Part shown: piece by piece, positions 1 through 12,712 of the stretch
Layout: every line of letters begins with the position of its first letter
Numbering within the stretch: the first letter of the stretch is position 1
The notes under the pieces: generated by a model
Database searches by the model: none
What the model was told of the DNA's origin: nothing
Seen by the model: only the letters and a program-made list of their open reading frames with translations
NCBI RefSeq assembly: GCF_018350175.1
Contig: NC_058368.1
Location: 58,034,001 to 58,098,000, forward strand
DNA from: Felis catus
Lineage: Eukaryota
DNA length: 64,000 bases
Direction: 5' to 3'
Program-made: the position numbers and the translations under genes

Positions 1-179
1 AGAAACAGAGCATGAGTGAGGGAGGGGCAGAGACAGAGAGGGAGACAAAGACTCTGAAGCAGGCTCCAGGCTTTGAGCTGTCAGCACAGAGCCCATTGCA
101 GGGCTCAAACCTATGAACCATGAGATCTTGACCTGAGCCGAAGTCCGATGCTTAACTGACTGAGTCACCCAGGCATCCC
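1..179 (-). mobile_element. CAN-SINE (SINEC_Fc-like), cut by the window edge
   Basis: Reverse complement of the tRNA-derived head (…tgactgagtcacccaggcatccc), the body gcaggctccaggctttgagctgtcagcacagagccc and the (GA)n tract. Confidence 0.93.
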
Positions 180-875
180 TGAATAATAATATATATTAAA
201 TAAAATATATGTAGTTAATATTACATTTTCAATTAGCATTTGCTAATTCATACATCAATCATTCACCATTCATTCATTCATTCATTCAAGTATACACATG
301 CATATACATATACACATGTATGAATAAAAATGATTAAAAGGGAGTGTCTTCTATTGCAGACCACTTCTCAGGAGAAAGACATCTTCTGAGACAAATAGAT
401 ATTGAGTTCGCAAATTTTGATCAATCCCGTATTCTCTTCATTGTTTGAAATCCACCTAAATCTTCAATTTTAAGTTGTATATAAATTTAAGGCATTTAAA
501 TTGATTTTGGAGTCTTCTAGGTTATATGTTAATGTAAGGTGCTTATATCAATTTGAGAGTCTGCAGTGCACTGCCAGCAGCATTAAACTTCAAAAATTAG
601 TAGCATTTATGCTTTGCACTTATCAAAATAAGAAGTGGATTTCTTTTTAAGCTTCTATTATATGTCCTTGAACTAGAAGCCTTCAAATTGTGTTTAGGCA
701 TCTACACTGCTAATCAGCTCCATTTTTTTTATTAGTATATTTTAGAAAGTGTGGTCTATAGCTCATTTTTCAGAATTTTCACACTTTTTGTACAATTTAT
801 TTGACAACAAAGATTTTGACTTTATGATCAATTATATATTGATCATATATAATCATATATAAACATATATGTCAA

Positions 876-1230
876 TGAAAGGGCGGGCCTACGCCGGCCA
901 ACTCCATCTTGTTCTGTGTCCTTCACCTTGACCACACCTCCTCCCCTTGAGTAACCCCCCCCCTTCACCTGCCTAACAGGACTCGGACCTTTCCCCAGGA
1001 CCCTTCCCCAGCCAATCAGCTGAGGCCATAGCCATTACCTCACCAACCACCCCTAGTCCCCAATAAAACCTTTGTCCTTTTGAAACTCGCTCTCTCTCCC
1101 TGGTATCTCACTGCTGTGTCGGTGCAGGTAGGGGATTGAGCTCGAGCTAGCTCGAATGAAGGCTCTTTTGCTTTTGCATCGGACTCGGCTCCCTGGTGGT
1201 CTTTGGGGATCACGAATTCTGGGCATAACA
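876..1230 (+). mobile_element. Solo LTR of a young ERV1/gammaretrovirus-like endogenous retrovirus
   Basis: GC- and CpG-rich 355-bp block in AT-rich DNA. Starts TGAAAG and ends AACA; flanked by gtca(a) at 871-875 and gtca(c) at 1231-1235. CCAAT motif near 1012, AATAAAA near 1062, AATGAA at 1155-1160. No internal sequence follows. Confidence 0.85.
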
Positions 1231-4200
1231 GTCACATATAAACTTTAGAGTTTACCTCAGGTAAAAGTAAGAACACACAGTTCAATAAAAATAACATAGG
1301 CACATTAAAGTTTTCTTAGTTTAGCAGCATTTATCAAAAATAGTTTTGACAAGATGTCATACAAGGGAAATTTGCACCAACCTGGTTTCTATTCCTTCTT
1401 ATCTATTGAACTTCAGATCTGTGTTGGTCTTTGGTTTCTACATATGCTCTATATCCTAGTTCAAAACTTTACTGGAGTTTAGATATTTTAATCCCTACAG
1501 TGAAGCATGATGCCATACCAGCACACTGCTTCCAAGTTGTCAATAAAGCTGGATGTTGATAGAATTCAGATACCACAGATGTTAGAAATCAATGAACTCC
1601 ATTTATTGTATTGTCCCCAGGGATAGTGTTATTACAAAGTAATGTAATGTAATAACCTCTTTAAGATCTACGCATTTTGTATGTTTGTTTTTTAAATTAC
1701 AATCACTAATTTGACACAAAATATTTCAATGTTAGTAACATTAATTTTAATATTTTCATGAGTAAACTAAAAATAATTATAAACAATGTCTCATGTAAGT
1801 TTATGAAGGAAATTATAAATGAATGTTATTAAAATAAATTATTTTAAAGATTTCTATAATTTGAAATTTGATGTGAAGATATTTGTCCTGTACTTCTATA
1901 GTAATGTTGATGTTCAAATATTTTACTTTTTGGTTTTCACTTAATAGAAACTATTGAAGTGCATGTTTATATGTTAAATATATTTAATGAGCAAAATTTA
2001 TATAATCCAGAATGCTAGAAAAATTATGTTTGTAACACAGAGTTATATGTTGCATACCAGATATGTATATTAGACTATATAACATTTACAAAGTAATGCA
2101 AAATGTAACTGACAAAATATACAGTAGGGGCATATTTTACATTAATGCTTACAAGAAATGATTTATAATATTCTACTCTCATCAGAACATAATATAATAA
2201 TGAGATTTAAAAAATGAATGTATTGACAATAAGTGCTATCTTCCACATTTAGAGAAATAAATAGTAGTGCTAAAATTCAAACAAATATAGGTAATTTGAA
2301 AAAAAATAGTAAAATATTTTAAGGAAACAAAAACTCCAAAGAATTACAGTGGTTTAAAGGAAACCCCAGAGTACTTAAAGAGGCTATTATTTTGAAAACA
2401 TTTAGAATATTTGAGAGAGCCATTGAAAGAAGACAAAAGAATTCTCAACAACTACTTGATCATGAGTCAATAAAGCACCAGGAAATCTGGCTTTATTGTA
2501 TGCTGTTTCCCACTAACAAAAGCAATTTGTAGGCTGGGAATGAGTTGTGGTGCATTGGCTGCCTAAACAAATTGCAGAGGCAATAATCTGAGGCTCACAT
2601 TTGAAGATATTGGTGCTTTTTCTGAAGTTAAATGCAGTGAAGCCTATTACATTTGTGTCTTATTAACCAGCTTCAAATAGGGTTATGAAGCACTTTGTTC
2701 TCACTTTACAGGAAGCCCTAGAGACATTTCTTTTGCTGCTAAAAGATTTGTCTTTGCCACATTGTTTGGTAAATTTCCATTTACTACAATGAATGAAATA
2801 AGGGGGATTTTGAAGTGTGTTTAAAAGGAAAGAAAGCAATTGTATAGTGTTTTATTTCCCTAATGGGACAATGAAAAATGGTTCAAAACATAAATGTTAC
2901 ATGTCTATTTGCCCCCAGGGATTTGGGGATTTAGAATGGACAGTTGGGATTAAAAATAAAAAGTCTGCAAGTGAATGCAATTTTTATAATGAATTTGCTT
3001 CCAATTTGGTAGCCAAAAGTTAAAAGAAGAAATGGCTCATATCTCTGTAATGATTGTCTGTAATACAATGTAAAAATATGTTTGAAGTTGTGCAATTTTG
3101 AAGAAAATATTTGATTGATTCCTTTGAATCAAGATTGAAAGCACCTATTTTATTGTTCCACAAAACATAAACACTCCATTGGAAGAGTTGACATTGATTA
3201 GTATGAAACTAAAGAAATAACGTTAAGTGTATAACCAGTTTGGAAAACAAATCTCTCCTTTTATCATTTGTTTCAGCCTTCATGGGGTACTAATAAAGTG
3301 TTAAAGCCATCCAAGTTTTCTTTTCTGCAGAGGCACATTAATGTATGCAAGAAATTGGTGAATTTTTAGATAGAAATTTTAGCAGAAACTTCAAGCAACA
3401 CCTCTTTGAATAAATTATTCATTTTCTTTGAGTCTCAACAATTCATATGGAGTCAGTAGCCATGATCCTTGTGTTAGAGAACTTCTAAGAGGGTTGAAAT
3501 ATAGACTGTGACATTATATAACATGTATATGTTATAATACATATCTCCACTGAAGATACTCAGGAAAATCCTATTCTTCTGTTCACTCTGATGCAGTTTA
3601 ATTCAGAATATCTCTGGAACATGCTTTATTCACTTTTCTATCTCTAAATTAATAAATTTTCAAAAATTATGCACTGAATGAATTATAAGTAAATACCTTG
3701 AGTGAATGAATGATTAAAATTAAAGTCTCTTTGGTCTTTACAATAGAATATGAAAGTCTTTAGAAATAATTGGTGTAGTAATTATTACATTTATGTTTGC
3801 TTCCATTAGTCTTTCGAAAAACAATAACAAAAATCCAACTGGGGTCAGGCATCACAAACTACGTTTTGTGTTGAACACGTTTATATTTCTATAGACCTAC
3901 CATAATGCTTACAAAAACAAAGAAACGAAATAAAATATAGCAAACAAGAAGACAGCCATTCTTTGTTATTTCTGTGTTCCAAAAATGAAAACCACTGACT
4001 TAGCTAAACTTCCTCATTTAGTAGCTGAAGCCATTAAGGTCAAGGGACATTAAATCTCTTTGCTTTTTTTTCCACACAGGTAATTAAAGGCAGAGCCAGG
4101 GACTGGTCCCCAGCCTTCTGGAATCTAATCTGGTGCATTATCCTTTAGAGTGCTCTACTTCCCTATTTGGACCATTCTTCTCAGTGAGAGAAAATACAAA

Positions 4201-4781
4201 GATGAAGAATGAATGGGACCAGGCGGGTTGATTGTCAGAGTTTCAGTGAAAAACCCCTGGGTTCAAAGCTTTCAGAACAGTTCCGGTGAACATTCTCTGA
4301 AAGTTAATGACATGTTGTTTTGTGTCCTTATAAATTATTGAAATGCCAGCATACAATAGTCAAGAGCTTAGTCACAAAAGCACAATATAGACATAGTTAT
4401 AATAAAGCAATACAATTATAACTAAAGGCTTAGTGTGACCAGTTTAAAAAGCAATACATAGCAAAAGAGGCAATATTGAGTTTTTATTTTTAAACTTCTA
4501 GGTATTATGAAAGGGAAAAGGAAACAATTTCAGAAAGAGAATGGGATAGACAATGTATGTGACTTTGTAAGTAAAAGAGGCTATTTCAAGGATCAATGGT
4601 AAAAATAACAAAAACAAATAATTTTGATAGAATTTGCATTATCTGCTGCAGCACAAAAAGCTAAATCAAAAGTTATTTAATTCAGAGAAGAGAATAAATG
4701 CATGATAATGTTTAACATATTGTCAGAGATTACTTTATGTTTGGTAATGATCTATGTGTTTTGTAAATATGGTAACTTTTA

Positions 4782-4992
4782 GCGGCGCCTGGGTGGCTTA
4801 GTTGGTTAAGTGTCTGACTTCAGCTCAGGTCATGATCTCGCACTCCGTGAGTTCAAGCCACGCGTCGGGCTCTGGGCTGATGGCTCAGAGCCTGGAGCCT
4901 GCTTCCCATTCTGTGTCTCCCTCTCTCTCTGCCCCTCCCCCGTTCATGCTGTCCCTCTCTGTCTCAAAAATAAATAAACGTTAAAAAAATTT
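4782..4992 (+). mobile_element. CAN-SINE (SINEC_Fc-like), full length
   Basis: Head gcggcgcctgggtggcttagttggttaag, (CT)n tract and A-tail; TSD aaatat(g/t)gtaactttta at 4765-4781 and 4993-5009. Confidence 0.96.
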
Positions 4993-5223
4993 AAATATTG
5001 TAACTTTTAATCCTTACAATAACTCAATGAGGGTTTTTACCTGAGGAATCTGACAAATAGAGTCTAAACAAATTGTCCAGTGTCATAGGTAATCATTGAC
5101 TTAAATAAGGTTCAAAGTGGTCAGTCTGACTTCAGAGAAGTTCTGCCTAAACATTACCCTCTACTGCCTCTTAGCCACTGTACTGTACACAGTTAAGATA
5201 TAAAGCCAGCATGATAGAAACTA

Positions 5224-5703
5224 TGTTTATCCCCCTTTTCCAAGGGGGATATGTTCCAAGACCTCCAGTGGATGCCTGAAACCATGGATAGTATCAAACC
5301 TTAAATATACTCTTTTTCCTGTACATATATACGTATGATAAAGTTTCATTTATAAATTAGACATATAAGATATTAACAATAGTCACTAACAATAAAACAG
5401 AATGATTATAATAAAATATTGTAATAAAAGTTATGTGAATATGGTCTTTCTCTCGAAATAACTGTAATGGACTCCCCCCTCTTATTGTGCTAATGTGAGA
5501 TGATAAAATGCCTACACAAAGAGATAAAGTGAGGTAAATGACATGGGCATTGACTGTGGCATAGTATTAGGCTACTATTCATCTTCTGACCCCATGTCAG
5601 AGGAGGATCATCTGCTCCAGCGCTGTGGTTGACCATGGGTAACTGAGACCATGAGTAATTGAAAGCACAGAAAGTGAAATCACAGATAAGGGAATGACTA
5701 CTG
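5224..5703 (-). mobile_element. MER44/Tigger7-family non-autonomous DNA transposon
   Basis: Ends resemble the Tigger7/MER44 TIR regions (ccccttttccaagggggatatgttccaagacctccagtggatgcctgaaacc … gataagggaatgactactg followed by TA). Family recalled from memory. Confidence 0.8.
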
Positions 5704-7668
5704 TAAACAAATAGAAATAAAATAGTAAAGGAACAACTGGGAATAGTGAAAGCTTAGCTAAATTAGTGGCACTTAAAACTGGCTTAGGAAATCTACCAAC
5801 AGAAAGGAGAAAAAGAAAAAAAAAACTTCACCAACAAAAACAAAATAAAGTAATTATTCATAAACTGTCTCAATCAACATTACAGACGCAAAAAAATCTT
5901 CCTATAGATTCTTTTCTAAACTTAACATTTGAATATTCTATTACCTACAAGATTCCATATAACTACCTTATTATTCATATACATTCTCAGCCCAAATATG
6001 GATAATTTATAGTATGTTCCAAATTCCATTCCTAAGTGAATAGGAAACAATTCAAGATGTATTCCTTGCCAACACGGAGGATACAGTACTGTGTGGGATG
6101 CAGAAACATAAAATGTTATCTGCAATTTATATATAATTTGGGAGAAGTAAGCCCAAGTTTTAAGAAGAATCGTACCAAGTCTATGAAGTTTCAGTGACAT
6201 ATTTCTGTAGAAAAAGATGCTGAAGGAGTACTGGAAGGTAACTAGGAGTAAAGAGGTTAGATGAAAACAGACAAACAAAAATAATATTGTAGGTGAAGTA
6301 AACAAACATGACCAATTATGGAGAAGAGAAAGACCATATACTATTCTCTAACTCATATGAAATATCACTCAAAACATCCCACACTATGTGTTTGTGGGAC
6401 AAAGCTTTTACAGAATATAAGATCAAGTTCTACCACTAACTGGGTCTTTTATCTGCTAATTCCTCTTATCTATAATCTATGATAAGACATGACTTCCACA
6501 AGAAACATCAACATAGCCCAGGAGGGACTACCATTTAATACTTCATTTAATGAGGTATTAAAACGAACCGAACCAAGAACTGAAATGAATGGTAATATGT
6601 AAATGTAAATGCATCATAAAACTACGCTAAAATATGTACTTTGCTAAACAAAAAGGAACAAAATCAAAAGTGATATGCTCATATATCAAGGAAAGAATAA
6701 CTCATGGGAGACCATGTGCTTGTCATGAGAGACAAGGTTACCTTGCCATTTGATTTAATGTTGCAAGTTGCATATAAAATGTGGCTTACAGGTAAAACCT
6801 TAAAAAAATCCCAATGGAAAGTGAAGTAATATTGGGAAAATGCTTTGCTAAGATCTTAGTGTGACCTCTTTTCACAAAGCAGTCTTCAATTCACCTGGCA
6901 AGAGTAAGTTACTCACTTTTCCATACTCCCTCAATTCTCTGTACAAGTGACAATTAAAAATGCTAGCATATTTTATCACAGATTCCATGTTTATTTTTTT
7001 CCTTATTTTTTAGGCTTTTAAGTATTTCAATGAATAATGCATTAGTTAATTTATTAACTAATTAATTGAGAAGATTGGACACATGTTTTTGGAGCCCACT
7101 CATATGTATTATTTGTTTTTTATATTTTTATATGTCATTATCTTGGGAATAACCCATTTAGAAGAGGAAAACTAATTCAAACATATTCCGTAAAATATTT
7201 TAGGGAAATCATTTATAAATATTGAAAAGAAGTTTGAAAGAAAGAAATAGTCTAGTCAAACTTCATCTCTGGGATCCAAAGTCTTTTTGGCATTTTATTT
7301 TCAAAATAAACAATGGGCATTTGAGTTTGCTTTTTCATATGAACTAGAGTATAACTAAGATAATATATAACACATAATCTTATAGGATTAATTTACTATA
7401 TTTTAAATTATATGCTAATACATACTTTGTTGTGATTATTTTAATTTTGTTGAAATTCCATCATATTCCAATAAAATGATCTAAGGTGGCATATGCTAGT
7501 ATATATTATCCCCCTACATATATATCAAGACACTTTTTCATAACAAGTTCCTCAACAAATAAGTACTAAGACCTTTCCAGTAGGAGTCCCAAGGTTCTAG
7601 AAAAATAATGAACTTGACTGCCAAAATCTTGTTACTATACAACATATACTGTAGTTCAGAATCATGAC

Positions 7669-8263
7669 TGTCAATAATTAAGCTCTTGTCATTCAGTTTC
7701 AAATCTAACCCTTTTTATTCCATTTTACAATGCTTGGACTAGGATTCTTCAACCATATTTTTTCTTTGTCTGCTGATTTCTTTTACTTCCTGCCAAATAA
7801 GTGCACTACAGAATGTAGGAAGGGAAAGAGATAGATGCACTTTTTACTTCTTCTCTGATTGCTATTACAGTGGTACCCTACATCATTGGCTTTTCACCTT
7901 TGAAGCAACATCTGGTTTTGTTTTCCAGCTTCCTTTAGCACTCAAAATCAATCTAATTATACTTTCTTAGAACTACCATTACTAGCTAGACACTGATTCC
8001 TGCTCAGAGCCTGGTTCTACAAGGTCTCTGCTGAGGTACCAACACCTTCCCAGAAGCACCAATTCCTAGAAGTCTGAACCCCAGGTTGATAGGGACTCCT
8101 CCCCCATGCTTAATCTTAAATGATTCAAATGTTCTTGCTCTTTTACTTGAATGCTTTCATTTTTCTTTTCAAGATATCCCAAAAGTATGTAAATTAGATC
8201 CTATATTAATTTTTTTCTGTTGAAATATTTAGTGAAGTTTTGCATCCCATGATTAGGCAATAC
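7669..8263 (+). mobile_element. Ancient LTR (LTR78/LTR33-like); 5' LTR of the ERVL-type provirus
   Basis: Starts tgtcaataattaagctc. Its 3' part (ctgttgaaata…gttttgc) resembles 14810-14870 and the reverse complement of 18131-18220. Followed directly by ERVL-like leader sequence. Confidence 0.65.
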
Positions 8264-11200
8264 TTAGTATTAGATTCAGAATGTGTTATTAGATGGTTTC
8301 AAGAAAACAGAACCAAAAACATATGATTATGGGATTGTTATGTTTTCGCTTGAACTTCTCCTAAATTCCTTGGGATTTAAAAATTAAATATTAATATACT
8401 GTCTTGATAATAGCATTTATTAAATTAATACCTTGATTGACTATAAAGTAATGATTACTGAGCAAGTACATGGGGGAAGGTGCAAGAGGCTGTTGTACAT
8501 AACCATGATTCTTGTAATGATAGCTATCGGATCTGTGAGATGGAATGTGTGATTGTGAATGTATACAAGAGCTTATGTAAAATATCACAAACTTACAGCT
8601 CAGAGAGTTTCTATGGTAGACTTAAAAGAATCACCTAATCATCTCTTCTAGCTGTAGGATAGAACTCACTGAATATTAGATCCAAAATGTAATTACATAG
8701 TTTTCAGAATTGTGGCATGTGATGAATTCATAGATTTATTCAGTCTCTTAGATGAAGTATTGATTTTGAAAGAGTAGAATCCTAAGAATATAGACACATA
8801 GAATGAGATGAAGCTGAGAACATTAAATCCCCAAATCCCTCTGAACCTTTTTGTTGGCACAAGGATGTCTGCTCTAAGGAGGCTGATGCTCTCCAAAATC
8901 TAAGAACACAACTTTTAACTTCCTTTAATAACTTTTATTAATCTCATCCTGGGAAGCTGACTTGCAAAGTGTTACTTGTTCCTGTCTAAACACATCTTGA
9001 CCTCTCATTATATCTCCTAGTACAATAAGTGGAATTATGTATCAGGAAACTAAGTGACTCAGAGTATATAGACTGCAAAATAATTCTAAGATTAGTCCAT
9101 TATATATCATATTATTAGTTTATTTTATAACATAAAACACATAAGTATAAGTTTTGGAATTCTACTAGCGGTAGAACACAAGGAATGGAATAAAATTCTG
9201 TAGTAAGTCAAATTTATATAAGTACACTTACCAGATATGCATTTAAGATGCCAGTTTGCACAGAAACTTTGGGTATAAGAGTTTACTTGATTGTTTGAGA
9301 CTTGTATTTACAGTGACTTATATTTAATGATGTTGGGAGGTAAGGACTCTCCCGGTATAATATAGGACAAAATGGTTCAAAGTCTTAAGGTAGTTAGAAA
9401 TTTTGTAGTGCACTTATCATATGTTATATCTTCCTATTCATTTATTCTATTCTCCAATAAAGAAGTGAGGCTACTGGCACTCTCCTCACCAAGGCATTGA
9501 GAACTACATTTGTGAGGAGATTTCCAGCATACTGGAAATCTCTGTGATAGCTTTCCTCTGAAAGTTGGGTATGGTGATGAGAGATGTTGTTCTTAAAATG
9601 AGATTCAGGATTTCAGTAGCTCCAGAGATAGCATCTGAGAATGATAAGATTGAATGGCAGCACATAGTGGCAAGAGGCAAGGAGGATATAATTTTCCTAA
9701 TGAGTAGTGAGGACATATTGGTAAATATCCATGAGAGTGGAAGGTAATACCACATCTCTGAAAGGATTAAAATGACTATCGTCACTAGCAAATACTTGAA
9801 AATTCTGTATTGGTGATTCCAAAGACATCTCAATTTAACTCACTTGTTTGGCCTGTGCAGAGGCAGACGGATTGTAGAAATATATTGTGATTTTGGTTTT
9901 TTTATATGTATGTTCACTAGAGGAAATCTATACAGGTATTGATCAAGGAAATGCTTTATTATTTTTACCAATGCATAAAGTACACCAGAGGTTGATTATT
10001 ATTGTCTGGCAGGTACAACAGTACACCTTCAAAGTCTTTTTAAAAGACTGTATCAATTTTCCTGCTTTTGCCATAACCTAGCCTGAATACATCTTGACAG
10101 TATTGACAAACGACAGTTTACCTGTGTTGCTTATTAAATATAATGTACAGAATGTAGCAATGGCCATAACATGATTAGTAAGAAAACTGTAAACCAGAGG
10201 TTGGAGTCAAACCCCACAAAAAATGAAGGATTTTCCCATCTCATTATATGTTCTGGGTATCCACGGGTCTAGAACATGTAAATATAACCCATCCAAAGGC
10301 ACTTTGCATCATTTAGTTCAAAAACAATGTGTTATCCATATTTTGTGTAACAACTAACACTGTCAATGTTGAGTGAGTGAGGCCAAGATAAAGAGAAAGC
10401 TCTTTAGGAAGTCCAGTCTGCAATAAAAGTTGTGATGTCATATGAACTTTCTACATAGCAGTTCCATTGGTATGTAAATGTTTGTGGCAAAAAGGTATGC
10501 TCTATGAAATATTTGCCAAGACAAAATAGGGCATTGAGGAACTCTGGGAGTGTTTTAAAGCAACACCTTGCCCTCTCCTGCATATAATATTTTTTTCATT
10601 TCCTTATGTGAAATGCTTTCAGGCTTACTCCTAAGCCCTCTATAAACTGAAAATGTTCACAAGATATTATTATCTGACAATTTGGATTGCTGGTCTTCTG
10701 ACCTACCAAATCATCAGGCAGGGCATGCACAGAAGTCATAAGTCATCCTGGGTAAATGATGCATATGAGATCAGGTACCAGCAGTAAACAAGGCATAGGA
10801 AGTAGAATGAGAAAGTGACTCAGATTCCTTTATTACCTTCTCTTTAAACATGACCACTCTCCTCATGGCATCTTTCAGAGTTCCTACAACAAATTGACTG
10901 AAGAGTAAGAACCTTAGGACTTTTGTCCATATAATGTATCCAAACATAAAGAAACTACTGCAGTAAAAGGGCCTCGATCAAAAGTATATCCTTGAAAGAC
11001 AATGATGAATGGAAATCATCTCAGTGGACAGAACATCAATATGTAATATGCTTTGTATTTTTTGGATTGAGAAACATGTAGATATATAGATTTATTTTAA
11101 TTTATGGGAAGTAGCTAATTATTTGGCTCTATGATAAAATTGGAAAATTAGTAGAAAACAAAATTAGAAAACTAGTGAAAATGAGTTCAGAAGGAAATAT

Positions 11201-11941
11201 CAATAGATCCTTTAACATGAGAAGAATATGAAGATATCTGTCTATCATTGAATGCTTACCTAAAAAGTGGTTTATTAATTCAGGAGGTTTCAATAACAGC
11301 TGGACAACATGACCTATCTTTTGGATATCAGCCAACCTCTTTCTACAGCCACCTTGAATCTTGTTCAGTGGGCTTTATTACAGATTGGTCATGGTAAAAA
11401 GGACAGAGGTTCTGCCATGAGCTAAACAATATAATTTATTCTCTAAGACTCATTTTGCTATCTTCAATTCTGAGTGCCTAACTTTCTTACATCAGAACCA
11501 TTCTAGGGATAATTTCATTGGATCCCATCTCATGGTGAGGCCAGTGATTTGTTCTCATTGGTTTAGAAAGATACCTAAGGATTTGCCTTTCCTGCACATA
11601 ATGCTTTTATTAGCACCACCATCTATGGACTTATTGCTTCTAAACAAGAGACTTTTTTTGCATCAAACAAATTTTAGAATTATTATATGACATAGAATTC
11701 ATAGGTTTTTCCATATACTCTGCCAACCCAAGAAACTGCTTTGATAGAAAAGAGGAACAGCTACTGCAGGCTCAGTTATAGTACCAGTGGAGAGATAACA
11801 CCATGAATGTTTATTGTTCTATCTTACAGAATGTGATCTATGCTTTAAGATAAATATCAAAAAATGGGCTATATTTTTCCACTGCCATAAAATACATACC
11901 TTGGAATCAAGGAGTGAAATGAGGATAGATCAAATTATTAT
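8264..11941 (+). mobile_element. Degraded ERVL-type internal region (gag-pol remnants)
   Basis: ORF 9887-10081 reads IDQGNALLFLPMHKVHQRLIIIVWQVQQYTFKVFLKDCINFPA, matching ERVL reverse transcriptase (IDLANAFFSIPVHK.HQKQFAFSWQGQQYTFTVLPQGYINSPA). Further pol-like pieces lie near 10200 and 10380, and integrase-end-like sequence near 11900. Many stops and frameshifts. Confidence 0.8.
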
Positions 11942-12681
11942 TGCTTTAGTTTTCCACTACTCTCATAACAAATTGTCACAAACTCAAATATTCACTTAAA
12001 GCAGCACAAATTTATTGTCTAAGTAGTTTGTCAATTAGAAGTTTGATGGGCTTGTCTGTTTTTGTTTTTGTTTTGTTTTTTGTTTTGTTTTTTGTTTTGT
12101 TTTTTTGTTTTTTTTTTTTGGCTTAGCATCTAATGAGACTGAAATCAAAGCATCAGCAGTTACAAACTTTTCTAGAGGCTCTGGAGTCAACTCTAAGTCC
12201 AAGCACATGCAGACTTTTCTGTCAGAATTCAGTTCCAATAGTTGAAAGACTAAGGTCTCCATTTCCTTGCTGGCTGTTAGCCAGGATTTCTTCTCATCTT
12301 CTACAAGTCACCCAGATATTCTGTCTCATGGTATGTCTTCAGTCTCAAAACCAGCAATGGTGCATTGTATACTCATTCCTCAAATCTCTCTGACTGCCAC
12401 TTCTGCTTCGTTTCTTGTCTGCTACTTCCTCCTTCCTGCTTCCCCCTTAGCTGCACGTCTGTGAACGACTCTTAAGCATTTATTTTGTTTTCAATGGTTC
12501 ACATGAGTACATTGAGCCTTCCTGGATAATGTAAAATAATGCCATCTTGAATTCAGTTTATGAGTAACCTTAGTGCCATCACCAAAGTCCCTTCAAAAAA
12601 GCATCTAGATTAATGTCTGTTGAAAATTTGGAGATGAGCATCTTTGTAGGGATGGACAATTTTAGAATTCTGCCTGCCAAA
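11942..12681 (-). mobile_element. MaLR LTR (MLT1E-like) nested in the ERVL internal region
   Basis: Ends tgctttagttttccactactctcataacaaattgtcacaaac and ttagaattctgcctgccaaa match reverse-strand MLT1 termini. Contains a (GTTTT/GTTTTT)n run at about 12058-12119. Confidence 0.78.
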
Positions 12682-12712
12682 CTATGACATCTATTAGTTC
12701 ATTTATTCTATT

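Noticed and set aside
2712..2768. 57-nt AG…GT segment (EALETFLLLLKDLSLPHCL in phase 0)
   Set aside because: Has a TAG in the phase needed to join the 16169 exon; donor GTAAAT is modest; no other support.
3331..3357. 27-nt phase-2 micro-exon candidate (would give GTLMYARNW-TEMLEQ)
   Set aside because: In frame with the 16169 exon and has a good acceptor, but it is very short with a weak donor (GTGAAT); cannot be told from chance without RNA data.
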